In this document: piece after piece, positions 1 to 8,910 of the stretch | How positions within the stretch are numbered: position 1 is the stretch's first letter | Layout of the letters: each line of letters starts with the position of its first letter | DNA from: Candidatus Omnitrophota bacterium | GTDB taxonomy: Bacteria; Omnitrophota; Gorgyraeia; Gygaellales; Profunditerraquicolaceae | Assembly (NCBI GenBank): GCA_022710715.1 | Contig: JAKLGJ010000001.1 | Span: 362,041 to 426,040 of the forward strand | Reading direction: 5' to 3' | DNA length: 64,000 nt | Notes under the pieces: generated by a model | Databases searched by the model: none | The model's input: the letters and a program-made list of their open reading frames with translations, nothing else | What the model was told of the DNA's origin: nothing | Made by a program: the position numbers and the translations under genes

Positions 1-1
1 A

Positions 2-196
2 ATCACGGAATTAGCGGATCGTATCGGCGTCACTCCCAAGACGATTGTGCGCTGGGAGAAGTCCGGGAAGATCGGGCCGTCCAAACGCGACTGGCGAGGA
101 TGGCGGGTATACGAGAAAGACGACTTGAGGAAGCTCAAGCAATTCAAAGAGTCGATCTTTGTCGTGGAAGAAGTGGGGGCCAGACATGAAGCTTAA
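2..196 (+). CDS. 3' fragment of a MerR/excisionase-type HTH DNA-binding protein, cut by the window edge
   Basis: Frame-2 translation ITELADRIGVTPKTIVRWEKSGKIGPSKRDWRGWRVYEKDDLRKLK fits the MerR-type HTH pattern (GV..T.R.WE..G...P.R...G.R.Y...DL..L). Stop TAA at 194-196. Confidence 0.45.
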   Translation: MTELADRIGVTPKTIVRWEKSGKIGPSKRDWRGWRVYEKDDLRKLKQFKESIFVVEEVGARHEA

Positions 197-1082
197 TATA
201 CTGGTTTTCACGATCATGGTTTCCTTAATATGTAGCGCGGCTTTTGCCCAGACGCAGCCGACGGATCAGCCCACAGGAACGCAGTCCGCAGAAACGCAGT
301 CCGCAGAAGCTCAACCGTCTGTTCAGCAGGCTAGCGAGCAACCGCCCGCTACTACGCCCGTTATTACCGGCGATCAGCCCACCACAGCCGCGCCAGAGGC
401 TCCAGTAGCCCCGGCGCAGCTCCCGGCTGTAGTCACCGCCACCACCTCCAGCCATGACGAAGTGCTCTATACCCTCGGCCCGGACGACGTCATCGAGATC
501 ACCGTGCAGCGCCACCCGGAATTCAGCGGCACTTTTCCCATCAACCAGGAAGGCAAGATCCAGTATGAATTCGTGGGAGACTTGCAGGTGACCGGGATGA
601 CCAAGAAACAGCTGGAAGAGAGGCTGCGCCAGTTGATCTCCCGCTATGTGGCTAATCCTGTGGTCAACGTGACCATTACCGATTACCGCTCTAAATTTTA
701 CTTCGTCATCGGCGACGTCGGCCATCCGGGTAAATATTACATGCGCTCCGAGACTACTACCGTGCGCGACGCCATCGTGGAAGCCGGGCTTCCCACGCTT
801 TCCGCGGCGATCCGCAAAGTGCAGTTGATCACTCCGGACAAGAACGGCAGGCCGCGTAAAAAGGCGGTCAATCTGTACGCCATCCTTTACGCCGGCAACC
901 TCAAGCATAACATCGATGTTCGCCCCGGCGATGTGCTTTATATTCCGTCGACAGTGATGGCCAAGGTCTTCCGGACCATCGCTCCGATCACCGAGCCGGT
1001 AACTGCGGCGGCAGAAGCCCAGACCGGCGTAACTTCTTTAAATACCCGTCCGGAGAATCCCCGGCCACGCACAGGTAATTAA
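186..1082 (+). CDS. polysaccharide export outer-membrane protein (Wza/EpsA-like, Poly_export + SLBB)
   Basis: Signal peptide MKLNILVFTIMVSLICSAAFA. Segment YTLGPDDVIEITV...INQEGKIQYEFVGDLQVTGMTKKQLEERL...PVVNVTIT.YRS..YFVIGDV is typical of Poly_export domains. ATG at 186 preferred over the ORF-track start at 159 because of the signal peptide. Confidence 0.85.
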   Translation: MKLNILVFTIMVSLICSAAFAQTQPTDQPTGTQSAETQSAEAQPSVQQASEQPPATTPVITGDQPTTAAPEAPVAPAQLPAVVTATTSSHDEVLYTLGPDDVIEITVQRHPEFSGTFPINQEGKIQYEFVGDLQVTGMTKKQLEERLRQLISRYVANPVVNVTITDYRSKFYFVIGDVGHPGKYYMRSETTTVRDAIVEAGLPTLSAAIRKVQLITPDKNGRPRKKAVNLYAILYAGNLKHNIDVRPGDVLYIPSTVMAKVFRTIAPITEPVTAAAEAQTGVTSLNTRPENPRPRTGN

Positions 1083-1085
1083 TCT

Positions 1086-2396
1086 ATGGAAAACACAACT
1101 CCGAACACCAAATTTCAGAATCCTTTAAGCTATCTCAAGCTGTTCTTCCGCCGCAAATGGTTCTTTATCGCGCCGTTGTTCTTCGGGACAGTGTTTGGCG
1201 TGGTGGCGATGCTGGTTTTGCCGCCCACCTATCAGTCATCGACGGTAATCCTGGTGGAAGAGCAGGGCACGATCAACCCTTTGATCCAGAACCTGGCGGT
1301 AACCACCAGCGTGGCCCAGCGCGTGCAGACCTTGCGCGAGCAGATCTTAAGCTGGAACAATCTCAACGATCTGATCAAGCAGTTGAACCTGGACAAAAGC
1401 GTGGAGAATCCTTTGCAGTTCGAAGGTTTGATCGCGGACCTGCGCAAGCAGATCGTGGTGCAGATGAACGCGCAAAACGTTTTCCAGATCTCATACCGCA
1501 ACCAGGATCCCCAGATCACTTATCAGGTAGTTAAGAATCTTACCGACATCTTCATTCAGGAGAACATGCGTCGGGTGACCAAAGAAACCGACGTAGCCAT
1601 CGACTTCCTGAAAGAACAACTGCAGGTTTACAAGCGCAAAATGAAAGAGTCAGAGATCGCCAATATGGAAGATCAGCTGCGCACGTTGCTGGTCGATTCC
1701 ACCCCGGAACATCCCATGGTGCAGGAATTGCAGCGCAAGATCGACGACGCCAAAAAAGAAATGAATTCCGGCAATTATAAGGTAGAAGAGAAACCGGCCA
1801 GCGCGCAGGTGCGCGAGTTGCTCAAAAATGAATTAAATAAAATTACCCAGGATCAAGCCGCCAGCACTACGAACAGTCCAATGATGGACACGTTGAGTTC
1901 TAACGGCAATGATCAGTCCAATACCGCGCTTTACAAACTGTTTCTGATGGACAGGCTCGACCAATCCATGGCGAGGGATATGCAGGTGAATGAGCGGGTC
2001 TACAACATGCTCCTGGAACGCCTGGAAACGGCCAAGATCACCCAGCGTCTGGAAGCTTCCAAACAGGGCACCCGTTATACTATCGTCGATCCGCCGCGTT
2101 TGCCGTTGCGTCCGGTCAAACCGCCGACTTTAATGCTCATGCTGGGCATTTTTATGGGCGGGGCTTCCGGCGTAGGCCTGGTTTTCGGCCGGGAATTCCT
2201 GGATCAGTCTTTTATCGACATCGACGACGCCAAAGCCAGCCTGAACGGCCCGGTATTGGGAGCGATCTCTCGGATCACCACGCCGGATGAGATCAGACAC
2301 GAACGTCAGGCGCATATCATCTGGATCATGATTTCGCTGGTCCTGGGCAGCGGCCTGGTGGTTACCGCGGTCCTTTATTCATTATTGAGGAAATAA
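1086..2396 (+). CDS. polysaccharide chain-length determinant protein (Wzz/GumC-type, PEP-CTERM-locus EpsF-like)
   Basis: N-terminal TM helix then PPTYQSSTVILVEEQ Wzz motif, a long coiled-coil middle region, and a C-terminal TM helix (LMLMLGIFMGGASGVGLVFG). Confidence 0.8.
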   Translation: MENTTPNTKFQNPLSYLKLFFRRKWFFIAPLFFGTVFGVVAMLVLPPTYQSSTVILVEEQGTINPLIQNLAVTTSVAQRVQTLREQILSWNNLNDLIKQLNLDKSVENPLQFEGLIADLRKQIVVQMNAQNVFQISYRNQDPQITYQVVKNLTDIFIQENMRRVTKETDVAIDFLKEQLQVYKRKMKESEIANMEDQLRTLLVDSTPEHPMVQELQRKIDDAKKEMNSGNYKVEEKPASAQVRELLKNELNKITQDQAASTTNSPMMDTLSSNGNDQSNTALYKLFLMDRLDQSMARDMQVNERVYNMLLERLETAKITQRLEASKQGTRYTIVDPPRLPLRPVKPPTLMLMLGIFMGGASGVGLVFGREFLDQSFIDIDDAKASLNGPVLGAISRITTPDEIRHERQAHIIWIMISLVLGSGLVVTAVLYSLLRK

Positions 2397-3394
2397 TGTA
2401 CGAAAAATTTTACAATTTCAGCGAGAAACCTTTTAATACCACGCCGGACTCCAAGTTCTTTTTCCCGAGTCCCAAGCATACCGAGGCGTTGAACAGCCTG
2501 CTTTACGCGATCAACGAGCGCAAAGGGTTTGTGGTGATAACCGGCGAAATCGGCGCGGGCAAGACCACGGTGATCCGCACCGTGCTCAACAACTTGAGCC
2601 TGAACACCAAAGTGGCGATCATCACCAACACTCATTTGACCAATAAAGAGCTCATCGCCGAAGTCCTGGAAGAATTCGACGTGGAGCATACCGGCGGCAC
2701 CAAGCAGAAACTGCTCTCGCATCTGAATAAATTCCTCATCCAGCAACTGTCCGCGGATATGAACCTGGTATTGATCATCGATGAGGCGCAGAATTTAAGC
2801 ACCAAGGTCATGGAAGAAGTGCGCATGCTCTCCAACCTGGAGACGGAAAAAGAAAAGCTGATCCAGATCATCATGGTCGGCCAGCCGCAGCTCAAAGCAA
2901 AATTAGATAATCCCAAACTGGAGCAATTCAAACAGCGTATTTCGGTATTTTATCACCTGGCGCCGTTGAGCAGGAAAGAAACCGAGGAATATATCGTACA
3001 CCGCTTAAGCAAAGTCAGCACTAACGGCTATTCCGAGATCTTCACGTCCGAAGCCATCAAGTACGTCTTCGCTTATTCTAAAGGCGTGCCGCGCCTGATC
3101 AATCTGCTCTGCGACAGTTGTTTGCTCTCCGGATATGTCTATGAACGCAAACAGATCACCGGCGACATCGTCAGAGAAGTGATCAAAGAACGCGATTTCA
3201 ACTCGATCCCGGCTGAATCGTCGGAGGAGAGAGAAGGCGGCGCGCATAAAACTTATTGCTGCACTGCCTGCCAGCAATACAACAATTGCCCCTTGAAATG
3301 GATCCGGGGCACCCGGAATCAGGAGCAGCTTTGCTGCGATTCCTGCCAGGATTATTTACACTGCATGGTGAACAAGCCAGCATCGAAAGGTTAA
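2396..3394 (+). CDS. ExeA-like AAA ATPase of exosortase/EPS loci (TIGR03015-like) with a Cys-rich C-terminal tail
   Basis: Walker A GEIGAGKTT and Walker B LIIDEAQNL. taATG start overlaps the upstream stop. The tail carries a duplicated CCxxCQxYxxC motif. Confidence 0.75.
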   Translation: MYEKFYNFSEKPFNTTPDSKFFFPSPKHTEALNSLLYAINERKGFVVITGEIGAGKTTVIRTVLNNLSLNTKVAIITNTHLTNKELIAEVLEEFDVEHTGGTKQKLLSHLNKFLIQQLSADMNLVLIIDEAQNLSTKVMEEVRMLSNLETEKEKLIQIIMVGQPQLKAKLDNPKLEQFKQRISVFYHLAPLSRKETEEYIVHRLSKVSTNGYSEIFTSEAIKYVFAYSKGVPRLINLLCDSCLLSGYVYERKQITGDIVREVIKERDFNSIPAESSEEREGGAHKTYCCTACQQYNNCPLKWIRGTRNQEQLCCDSCQDYLHCMVNKPASKG

Positions 3395-3400
3395 ACTCTC

Positions 3401-4192
3401 ATGGGAAAAATTACCGACGCTTTGAAGAAAGCCACTGAAGAACGCATGACCCGTCTGGAAAAGCTCGATTCCCGGGACGAGGTCAAATACCAGTTTATCG
3501 CCCAGAAGACCGTCGATTCCAAGATCGACCCGCGCATCGTGGCGTTTTATGAGCCGGCCTCGCCGGTTGCCGAGCAATACCGCATACTGCGCACCAATAT
3601 TCTGGCTCTGGGCACCAACAAAATACTCAAAACCGTGGCCGTGACCAGCTCGATCCACAGCGAAGGTAAGACCATTTCCTGTATTAACTTCGCTATCTCC
3701 ATGGCCCAGGATTTGAACAAAAAGAAGATTTTATTGATCGACGCGGATATGCGCCGCGGCCGGATAAAGAGTTATTTAGGGATCAATACCGAACTGGGAT
3801 TATCCGATCTTCTGGCGGATAAAACCACCACCGAAGAGGAATTCATCAGTATCGGCGGTATTGAAAACCTCACGGTGCTGCCCTGCGGCAAATACCCGAA
3901 TAACCCGGCGGAACTTCTGGGCTCGATGAAATTTCGCAATCTTTTAAGCTTATTGAAGGAACGCTACGATTTTATCATCATCGATTGCCCGCCGATCATC
4001 CCGGTCACCGACGCTAATATCATCGGTCCTTTGACCGACGGCGTGGTCATGGCGGTGCAGGCAGGCAGAACTCAACGCGGGGTAGTCAAAAACAGCGAAG
4101 CCATCTTGAAACAGGCAAATACCAAGCTCCTGGGATACATCATTACCAACGTGCAATACCATATCCCGGCTTATATCTATCGTTACTTGTAA
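3401..4192 (+). CDS. BY-family protein tyrosine autokinase (EpsG/CpsD-like)
   Basis: Walker A SSIHSEGKT, Walker A' LLIDADMRRGR and Walker B DFIIIDCPP. C-terminal tyrosine cluster YHIPAYIYRYL. Confidence 0.8.
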   Translation: MGKITDALKKATEERMTRLEKLDSRDEVKYQFIAQKTVDSKIDPRIVAFYEPASPVAEQYRILRTNILALGTNKILKTVAVTSSIHSEGKTISCINFAISMAQDLNKKKILLIDADMRRGRIKSYLGINTELGLSDLLADKTTTEEEFISIGGIENLTVLPCGKYPNNPAELLGSMKFRNLLSLLKERYDFIIIDCPPIIPVTDANIIGPLTDGVVMAVQAGRTQRGVVKNSEAILKQANTKLLGYIITNVQYHIPAYIYRYL

Positions 4193-4200
4193 GGAGAACT

Positions 4201-5583
4201 ATGAAGACATTGATCAGAAACAGGCAGAAATTATTCGGCACCGACGGCATCCGCGGCACGCCCGGCGTCTATCCGTTGACCGACGACATGCTCGCGGTGA
4301 TCGCCCAGGCAGTGGCCCAGAAGATCATCTCTGAAAACGGCGCTACCCGTAAGAAACACCGCGTGGTCATCGGTAAAGATACCCGTTTAAGCGGCGACAA
4401 CATCGAAGGCATACTGGCGGACAGCATCCGCGCTTTCGGGGTGGACGTGCTGATCATCGGCACGATCACTACTCCCGGGCTTTCTTTCTTCGCCACCGAC
4501 CTTAAAGCCGACGTGGGGATCATGATCTCCGCGTCCCACAATAAAGCTACTGACAACGGGATCAAATTTTTCAATGGCCGCGGCCATAAATTCAGCCAGA
4601 CAGAAGAAGAGGCGGTCGAGGATATAATCTTCGAGGATCTGGTGACCAAACCGCATCCCAGGGCAAAGATTAAGGGTAAACTGATCAAAGTCAAAGACGC
4701 CCAGTCCCGCTACGGGAAATTCCTGGCTTCAACGGTCAAAGGCCTTGATCTGACCGGCTATAAAGTGGCTTTGGATTGCGCCTGGGGCGCAGCAGCTCCT
4801 TTTGCCAAGAAGATTTTTACTGACCTGGGGGCCAAAGTCGAAGCTATACACGACAAGCCTTCGGGAGATAAAGTCAATGAAGGCGGCGCTATCCATCCGG
4901 AACTGCTCAAGAAACTGGTCCTGGAGACGAAAGCGGATATCGGCGTGGCGGTGGACGGCGACGGCGACCGGGGCATCCTGGTGGATGAAACCGGCACGAT
5001 CGTAGACGGAGACTGTACCATCGCCATCGTGGCCCGTTACTTAAAGAAGAAAAATTGCCTGCGGGCGAATACCGTGGTCGGCACAGTGATGAGCAATCTG
5101 GGATTGAAAGTTTCCCTGGCCGAAGAAGGGATCAAGATCCTTTGCACCAATGTCGGCGACAAATACGTCCTGGAATCACTGCTGAAGAATAACCTGACCC
5201 TGGGCGGCGAACAGTCCGGCCACATCATTTTCCTGGACCATCTTTCCACGCCCGACGGATTGCTGACGGCATTGCAGATGCTGCGGGTGATGAAAGAAAA
5301 AGATATGTCTTTGAGTAAGCTATGCAAATGCATGACCAAATTTCCCCAGATACTGGTTAATGTGAAGGTTAAAGAACGCAAGCCTTTCGAAGAAATGCCC
5401 AAAGTGCATACCAAACTGCAGGATTATAACAGCCGGCTCAAAGAAGACGGCCGGATACTCCTGCGTTATTCCGGCACGGAACTGCTGGCCCGGGTAATGG
5501 TGGAAGGCAGGGACAGATCCGAGATCGAGACTATCGCCAATACTCTGGCCTCGGAGATCCGTCAGGAAATAGGAGCCGAATAA
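4201..5583 (+). CDS. glmM: phosphoglucosamine mutase
   Basis: GTDGIRG motif, active-site SASHNKATDNGIKFF, VDGDGDR metal site and GEQSGH sugar-binding loop. RBS AAGGAGA lies 5 nt upstream. Confidence 0.85.
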   Translation: MKTLIRNRQKLFGTDGIRGTPGVYPLTDDMLAVIAQAVAQKIISENGATRKKHRVVIGKDTRLSGDNIEGILADSIRAFGVDVLIIGTITTPGLSFFATDLKADVGIMISASHNKATDNGIKFFNGRGHKFSQTEEEAVEDIIFEDLVTKPHPRAKIKGKLIKVKDAQSRYGKFLASTVKGLDLTGYKVALDCAWGAAAPFAKKIFTDLGAKVEAIHDKPSGDKVNEGGAIHPELLKKLVLETKADIGVAVDGDGDRGILVDETGTIVDGDCTIAIVARYLKKKNCLRANTVVGTVMSNLGLKVSLAEEGIKILCTNVGDKYVLESLLKNNLTLGGEQSGHIIFLDHLSTPDGLLTALQMLRVMKEKDMSLSKLCKCMTKFPQILVNVKVKERKPFEEMPKVHTKLQDYNSRLKEDGRILLRYSGTELLARVMVEGRDRSEIETIANTLASEIRQEIGAE

Positions 5584-6177
5584 ATGACGAATAAACTTAA
5601 AGCAATCGCGGAATTGAGCAAACGGGACGAAGATCGTTTCAAACGGCTGTATGAACTTATCGCCAAAGGCGTGGATATCGTCGATCCTTTTACCACTTTT
5701 ATCGCCGAGGGCGTAAAAATAGGCAAAGGGACTACAATTTATCCTCTGACGGTGATCGAAGAAGATGTAATCATCGGCAAGAACTGCAAGATCGGGCCGT
5801 TCGCGCGCATCCGGCCGCATGTCCGGCTCAAAGATGAAGTGGTAGTGGGCAATTTTGTGGAAGTCAACCGCTCGACCATGGAAAAAGGCGCCAAAGCCAA
5901 ACATCTGACGTATCTGGGCGACACTACCGTCGGAGAAAAAGCCAATATCGGCGCCGGGACCATCGTGGCCAATTACGACGGCAAAGAAAAGCATAAGACT
6001 CTGGTCAAAAAAGGCGCATTCATCGGCAGTGGATCGATCTTAGTCGCTCCGGTAACGGTAGGCAGGAATGCCATGACCGGAGCCGGCGCAGTGGTTACCC
6101 GTAATCATAATGTTCCGGACAACTGTGTGGTGGTAGGAATTCCAGCCCGCGTATTCAAAAAAGGAGAGAAGAAATAA
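5584..6177 (+). CDS. hexapeptide-repeat acetyltransferase matching the C-terminal domain of GlmU only
   Basis: Aligns along its whole length to the E. coli GlmU C-terminal domain (NFVE..K...GKG.KA.HLTYLGD..IG...NIGAGTI..NYDG..K.KT.....FIGS...LVAPVT.G......AG..VTRN). No nucleotidyltransferase domain is present. Confidence 0.75.
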   Translation: MTNKLKAIAELSKRDEDRFKRLYELIAKGVDIVDPFTTFIAEGVKIGKGTTIYPLTVIEEDVIIGKNCKIGPFARIRPHVRLKDEVVVGNFVEVNRSTMEKGAKAKHLTYLGDTTVGEKANIGAGTIVANYDGKEKHKTLVKKGAFIGSGSILVAPVTVGRNAMTGAGAVVTRNHNVPDNCVVVGIPARVFKKGEKK

Positions 6178-7481
6178 TGAACACCTACGAGCAACTCAAA
6201 TCCAAGATCAAAGATAAATCCGCGCAAGTTTGTATCGTCGGATTAGGTTATGTCGGCCTGCCTCTGGCAGTGGAATTTGCCAAAAAAGGCTATTTTGTCT
6301 ACGGTTACGACACTGATCCGCACCGCATCGAGAAACTGCGCACCGGCGAGAAATTCATCGTGGACGTGGATCCTAAAGAAGTCCTGGAATTGATGAAGAA
6401 CAACCGCTTCGTTCCGACCACAGACGACACGGTGATCAAAGATTCCGACGCGATCATCATCGCCGTGCCTACGCCGCTGCGTAAGGTCAAATTCCCGGAT
6501 GTTTCCTATGTGGTCAGCGCTTCTACTACCGTGAAAAAGAACATGCGCAAGGGGCAGTTGATCATCCTGGAAAGCACTTCTTATACTACGACTACCCGTA
6601 ATGTCACCCTTCCCATCCTGAAGAAATCCGGACTCAAGGAAGAACGCGATTTCTTCCTTTGTTTTTCTCCGGAGCGGGTCAATCCCGGGGATAAGAAATT
6701 CCCGGTGATCAAGATACCCAAAGCAGTGGGAGGGATGTCCGAACAGTCCACGGAATTAGCTTTCATGCTTTATTCGGTGATCATGGAAAAAGTATTCAAA
6801 GTTTCCAGCCCGGAAGTAGCGGAAACCTCGAAACTTCTGGAAAATACCTTTCGCCTGGTGAACATCGCTTTGATCAGCGAATTCGCCATCCTGTGCAATA
6901 AGCTGGGGATCAGCATCTGGGAAGTCATCGAATGCGCCAAGACCAAGCCCTTCGGGTTCATGCCGTTCTATCCCGGCCCGGGCATCGGCGGCCATTGCAT
7001 TCCCTGCGATCCGGTATTCCTTTCCTGGAAGGCTAAGAAGCTGGGCTACAAGACCAAAATGATCGATCTGGCATTGGAGATGAACCGCTACATGCCTAAA
7101 TATACGGTAGAGAGAGTCGTGGAGCTTCTGGCGTCGAAAAAGAAGCCGATCGAAAAAGCCAATATTCTGATCCTGGGCGTAACCTATAAGAAAGACGTCA
7201 AAGATCTGCGTGAATCTCCGGCTCTGGAGATCATCGAGCATTTCAAGCATAAAGCAGCCAAGGTCAGCTTCCACGATTCAATGATCCCTTACATCAAGAT
7301 CGACGGGATCAATATGGAAGGTACAGCCATTACGCCGGCGAACTTGAAGAAGTTCGACTGCGTGGTGCTGATCACCGACCACTCGGATGTGGATTACAGC
7401 TTCATCCAGAAGCACGCCAGACTCATCTTTGACGCGCGCAACGTGTATAAGGAAAAACACAGCAACGTAGTTAAACTTTAG
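6177..7481 (+). CDS. nucleotide-sugar dehydrogenase (UDP-GlcNAc/UDP-ManNAc 6-dehydrogenase, WbpA/TviB/WecC-like)
   Basis: N-terminal Rossmann motif VCIVGLGYVGLPLA and catalytic GGHCIPCDP. Length of 434 aa is typical for the family. Confidence 0.85.
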   Translation: MNTYEQLKSKIKDKSAQVCIVGLGYVGLPLAVEFAKKGYFVYGYDTDPHRIEKLRTGEKFIVDVDPKEVLELMKNNRFVPTTDDTVIKDSDAIIIAVPTPLRKVKFPDVSYVVSASTTVKKNMRKGQLIILESTSYTTTTRNVTLPILKKSGLKEERDFFLCFSPERVNPGDKKFPVIKIPKAVGGMSEQSTELAFMLYSVIMEKVFKVSSPEVAETSKLLENTFRLVNIALISEFAILCNKLGISIWEVIECAKTKPFGFMPFYPGPGIGGHCIPCDPVFLSWKAKKLGYKTKMIDLALEMNRYMPKYTVERVVELLASKKKPIEKANILILGVTYKKDVKDLRESPALEIIEHFKHKAAKVSFHDSMIPYIKIDGINMEGTAITPANLKKFDCVVLITDHSDVDYSFIQKHARLIFDARNVYKEKHSNVVKL

Positions 7482-7516
7482 TCATTGCGAGCCCCGAAGG
7501 GGCGAAGCAATCTTAA
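7481..7516. repeat. 36-bp palindromic repeat element, copy 1 (intergenic)
   Basis: gtcattgcgagccccgaaggggcgaagcaatcttaa is identical to 8240-8275. It contains the hairpin gcccc-gaa-ggggc flanked by ttgc/gcaa. Confidence 0.8.
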
Positions 7517-7530
7517 TAAAAGGAGTTCAC

Positions 7531-8532
7531 ATGCGTTTTCTCGTCACCGGCGGCGCCGGTTTCATCGGTTCCCATATCACCGACAAATTACTTAAAGACG
7601 GCCATTTTGTGCGCGTCCTGGATAATTTTTCTTCGGGTAAAGAAGAGAATCTGGAGTATGCTAAAGGCTACCCGGCCAACTTCGAGTTGATGCGCGGCGA
7701 CATCTGCGACAAGAATACCTGTTTGCAGGCGACTAAAGGCGTGGATGCGGTCTGCCATCAGGCGGCTTTGCGCAGCGTGCCTAAATCCATGACCATCCCG
7801 CACGAATATAATCGCGTGAATATCGACGGCACTCTGAATTTGCTCGAAGCCTGCCGCGAGAATAAGATCAAGCGTTTAGCTATGGCCTCATCCAGCTCGG
7901 TGTACGGCGATGTAACAAAATTCCCGGAAAAAGAAACCTTTTATCCGGAGCTGATCTCGCCTTATGCTTTGAGCAAATTGACTGACGAATACTATTGCCG
8001 CATCTTCTCCGAACATTTCGGGGTAGAAACGGTTTGCCTGCGCTATTTTAACGTATTCGGCCCGCGTCAGGCCCTGGATGACGAATATGCCGTGGTCATC
8101 CCAAAGTTCATTCACTGCGTGTTGAATGATCAGCAGCCGCCGATATTTGGCACCGGCAAGCAGTCCCGCGATTTCACCTATATCGACAACGTGGTCCAGG
8201 CGAATTACTTGTCTTTGACCAAAGATCTGTCTCTTTCCCGTCATTGCGAGCCCCGAAGGGGCGAAGCAATCTTAAAGGGGAAGGTCTTTCATGGCGTTTT
8301 CAACGTCGCCAACGGAAAAGATACTACAGTACTGCAGATTGTAGTCCTGTTGAACAAGATACTGGGAAAGAACATTCAGCCGAACTTCCTGCCGGTTCGC
8401 GCAGGAGACGTATTCCGCACCAATGCGGATATATCCAAGATAAAGAAAGCCCTGGGTTTCAAGCCCCAGGTTGGTTTCGAAGAAGGATTACGCAAGACAG
8501 TGGAGTGGTTTAAAGCTAAGTGGAATAAGTAA
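7531..8532 (+). CDS. NAD-dependent nucleotide-sugar epimerase/dehydratase (WbpP/TviC-like) carrying an in-frame repeat insertion
   Basis: LVTGGAGFIGSH Rossmann motif and YALSK catalytic Y..K. RBS AAGGAG is present. Residues SRHCEPRRGEAIL are encoded by the 36-bp repeat. Confidence 0.8.
   Translation: MRFLVTGGAGFIGSHITDKLLKDGHFVRVLDNFSSGKEENLEYAKGYPANFELMRGDICDKNTCLQATKGVDAVCHQAALRSVPKSMTIPHEYNRVNIDGTLNLLEACRENKIKRLAMASSSSVYGDVTKFPEKETFYPELISPYALSKLTDEYYCRIFSEHFGVETVCLRYFNVFGPRQALDDEYAVVIPKFIHCVLNDQQPPIFGTGKQSRDFTYIDNVVQANYLSLTKDLSLSRHCEPRRGEAILKGKVFHGVFNVANGKDTTVLQIVVLLNKILGKNIQPNFLPVRAGDVFRTNADISKIKKALGFKPQVGFEEGLRKTVEWFKAKWNK
8240..8275. repeat. 36-bp palindromic repeat element, copy 2 (in-frame inside the epimerase CDS)
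   Basis: Identical to 7481-7516. Its 36 bp preserve the reading frame of the epimerase. Confidence 0.8.
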
Positions 8533-8585
8533 AAATAATAACAATGCAGGGGTCAGATTAGCAGGAGGAGAAGGGAACATGCCCG

Positions 8586-8909
8586 ATGAAATCATCTTTT
8601 ACTCTAAGCAGATTATTGCCCCTGTTTATTCTTTTATTGATACTTCCGGGCTGTAAGCTCGGCGGCGGAGGTGGTGGCGGCGGCAGTTCTGCAGCCGGCA
8701 GTCCCGGCGCCGGGATCATCAGCGATATGCAGATGGTCAGCACGCAAGAGCTGACGACACAAAACGACAACCTGACACTTACCGAGAACTTCACCAATCA
8801 GTCTGCGCCGATCAACACCGCAGTCATTCCTGAACCGGCAACCATGGGGTTGCTGTTAGGCGGCGCAGCTTTGATTTTCATCAAAAATAATCGAGCGAAG
8901 GAGCAATAA
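8586..8909 (+). CDS. small lipoprotein with a C-terminal PEP-CTERM sorting signal
   Basis: Lipobox LILPGC followed by a G8 run. C-terminus VIPEPATMGLLLGGAALIFIKNNRAKEQ is PEP plus TM helix plus basic tail. An alternative ATG at 8579 is better placed to the AGGAGG RBS but gives only a featureless 25-aa ORF. Confidence 0.7.
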   Translation: MKSSFTLSRLLPLFILLLILPGCKLGGGGGGGGSSAAGSPGAGIISDMQMVSTQELTTQNDNLTLTENFTNQSAPINTAVIPEPATMGLLLGGAALIFIKNNRAKEQ

Positions 8910-8910
8910 A

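Noticed and set aside
159-185. ORF-track start at 159 for the Wza-like gene
   Set aside because: The ATG at 186 gives a canonical signal peptide directly at the N-terminus. Start 159 would overlap the upstream HTH gene further. Either remains possible.
225-3658. Long minus-strand ORFs (225-908, 2375-2746, 3356-3658) and the plus-strand alternative-frame ORF 1157-1534 over the export/kinase genes
   Set aside because: They overlap well-supported plus-strand genes with clear family motifs. They are GC-rich antisense or off-frame artefacts.
8471-8656. 61-aa ORF, and the ATG at 8579 positioned 10 nt after the AGGAGG RBS
   Set aside because: The frame yields a featureless 25-61-aa peptide. The overlapping frame starting 8586 encodes a coherent lipoprotein with signal peptide and PEP-CTERM tail. 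A true upstream start or leader peptide cannot be excluded.
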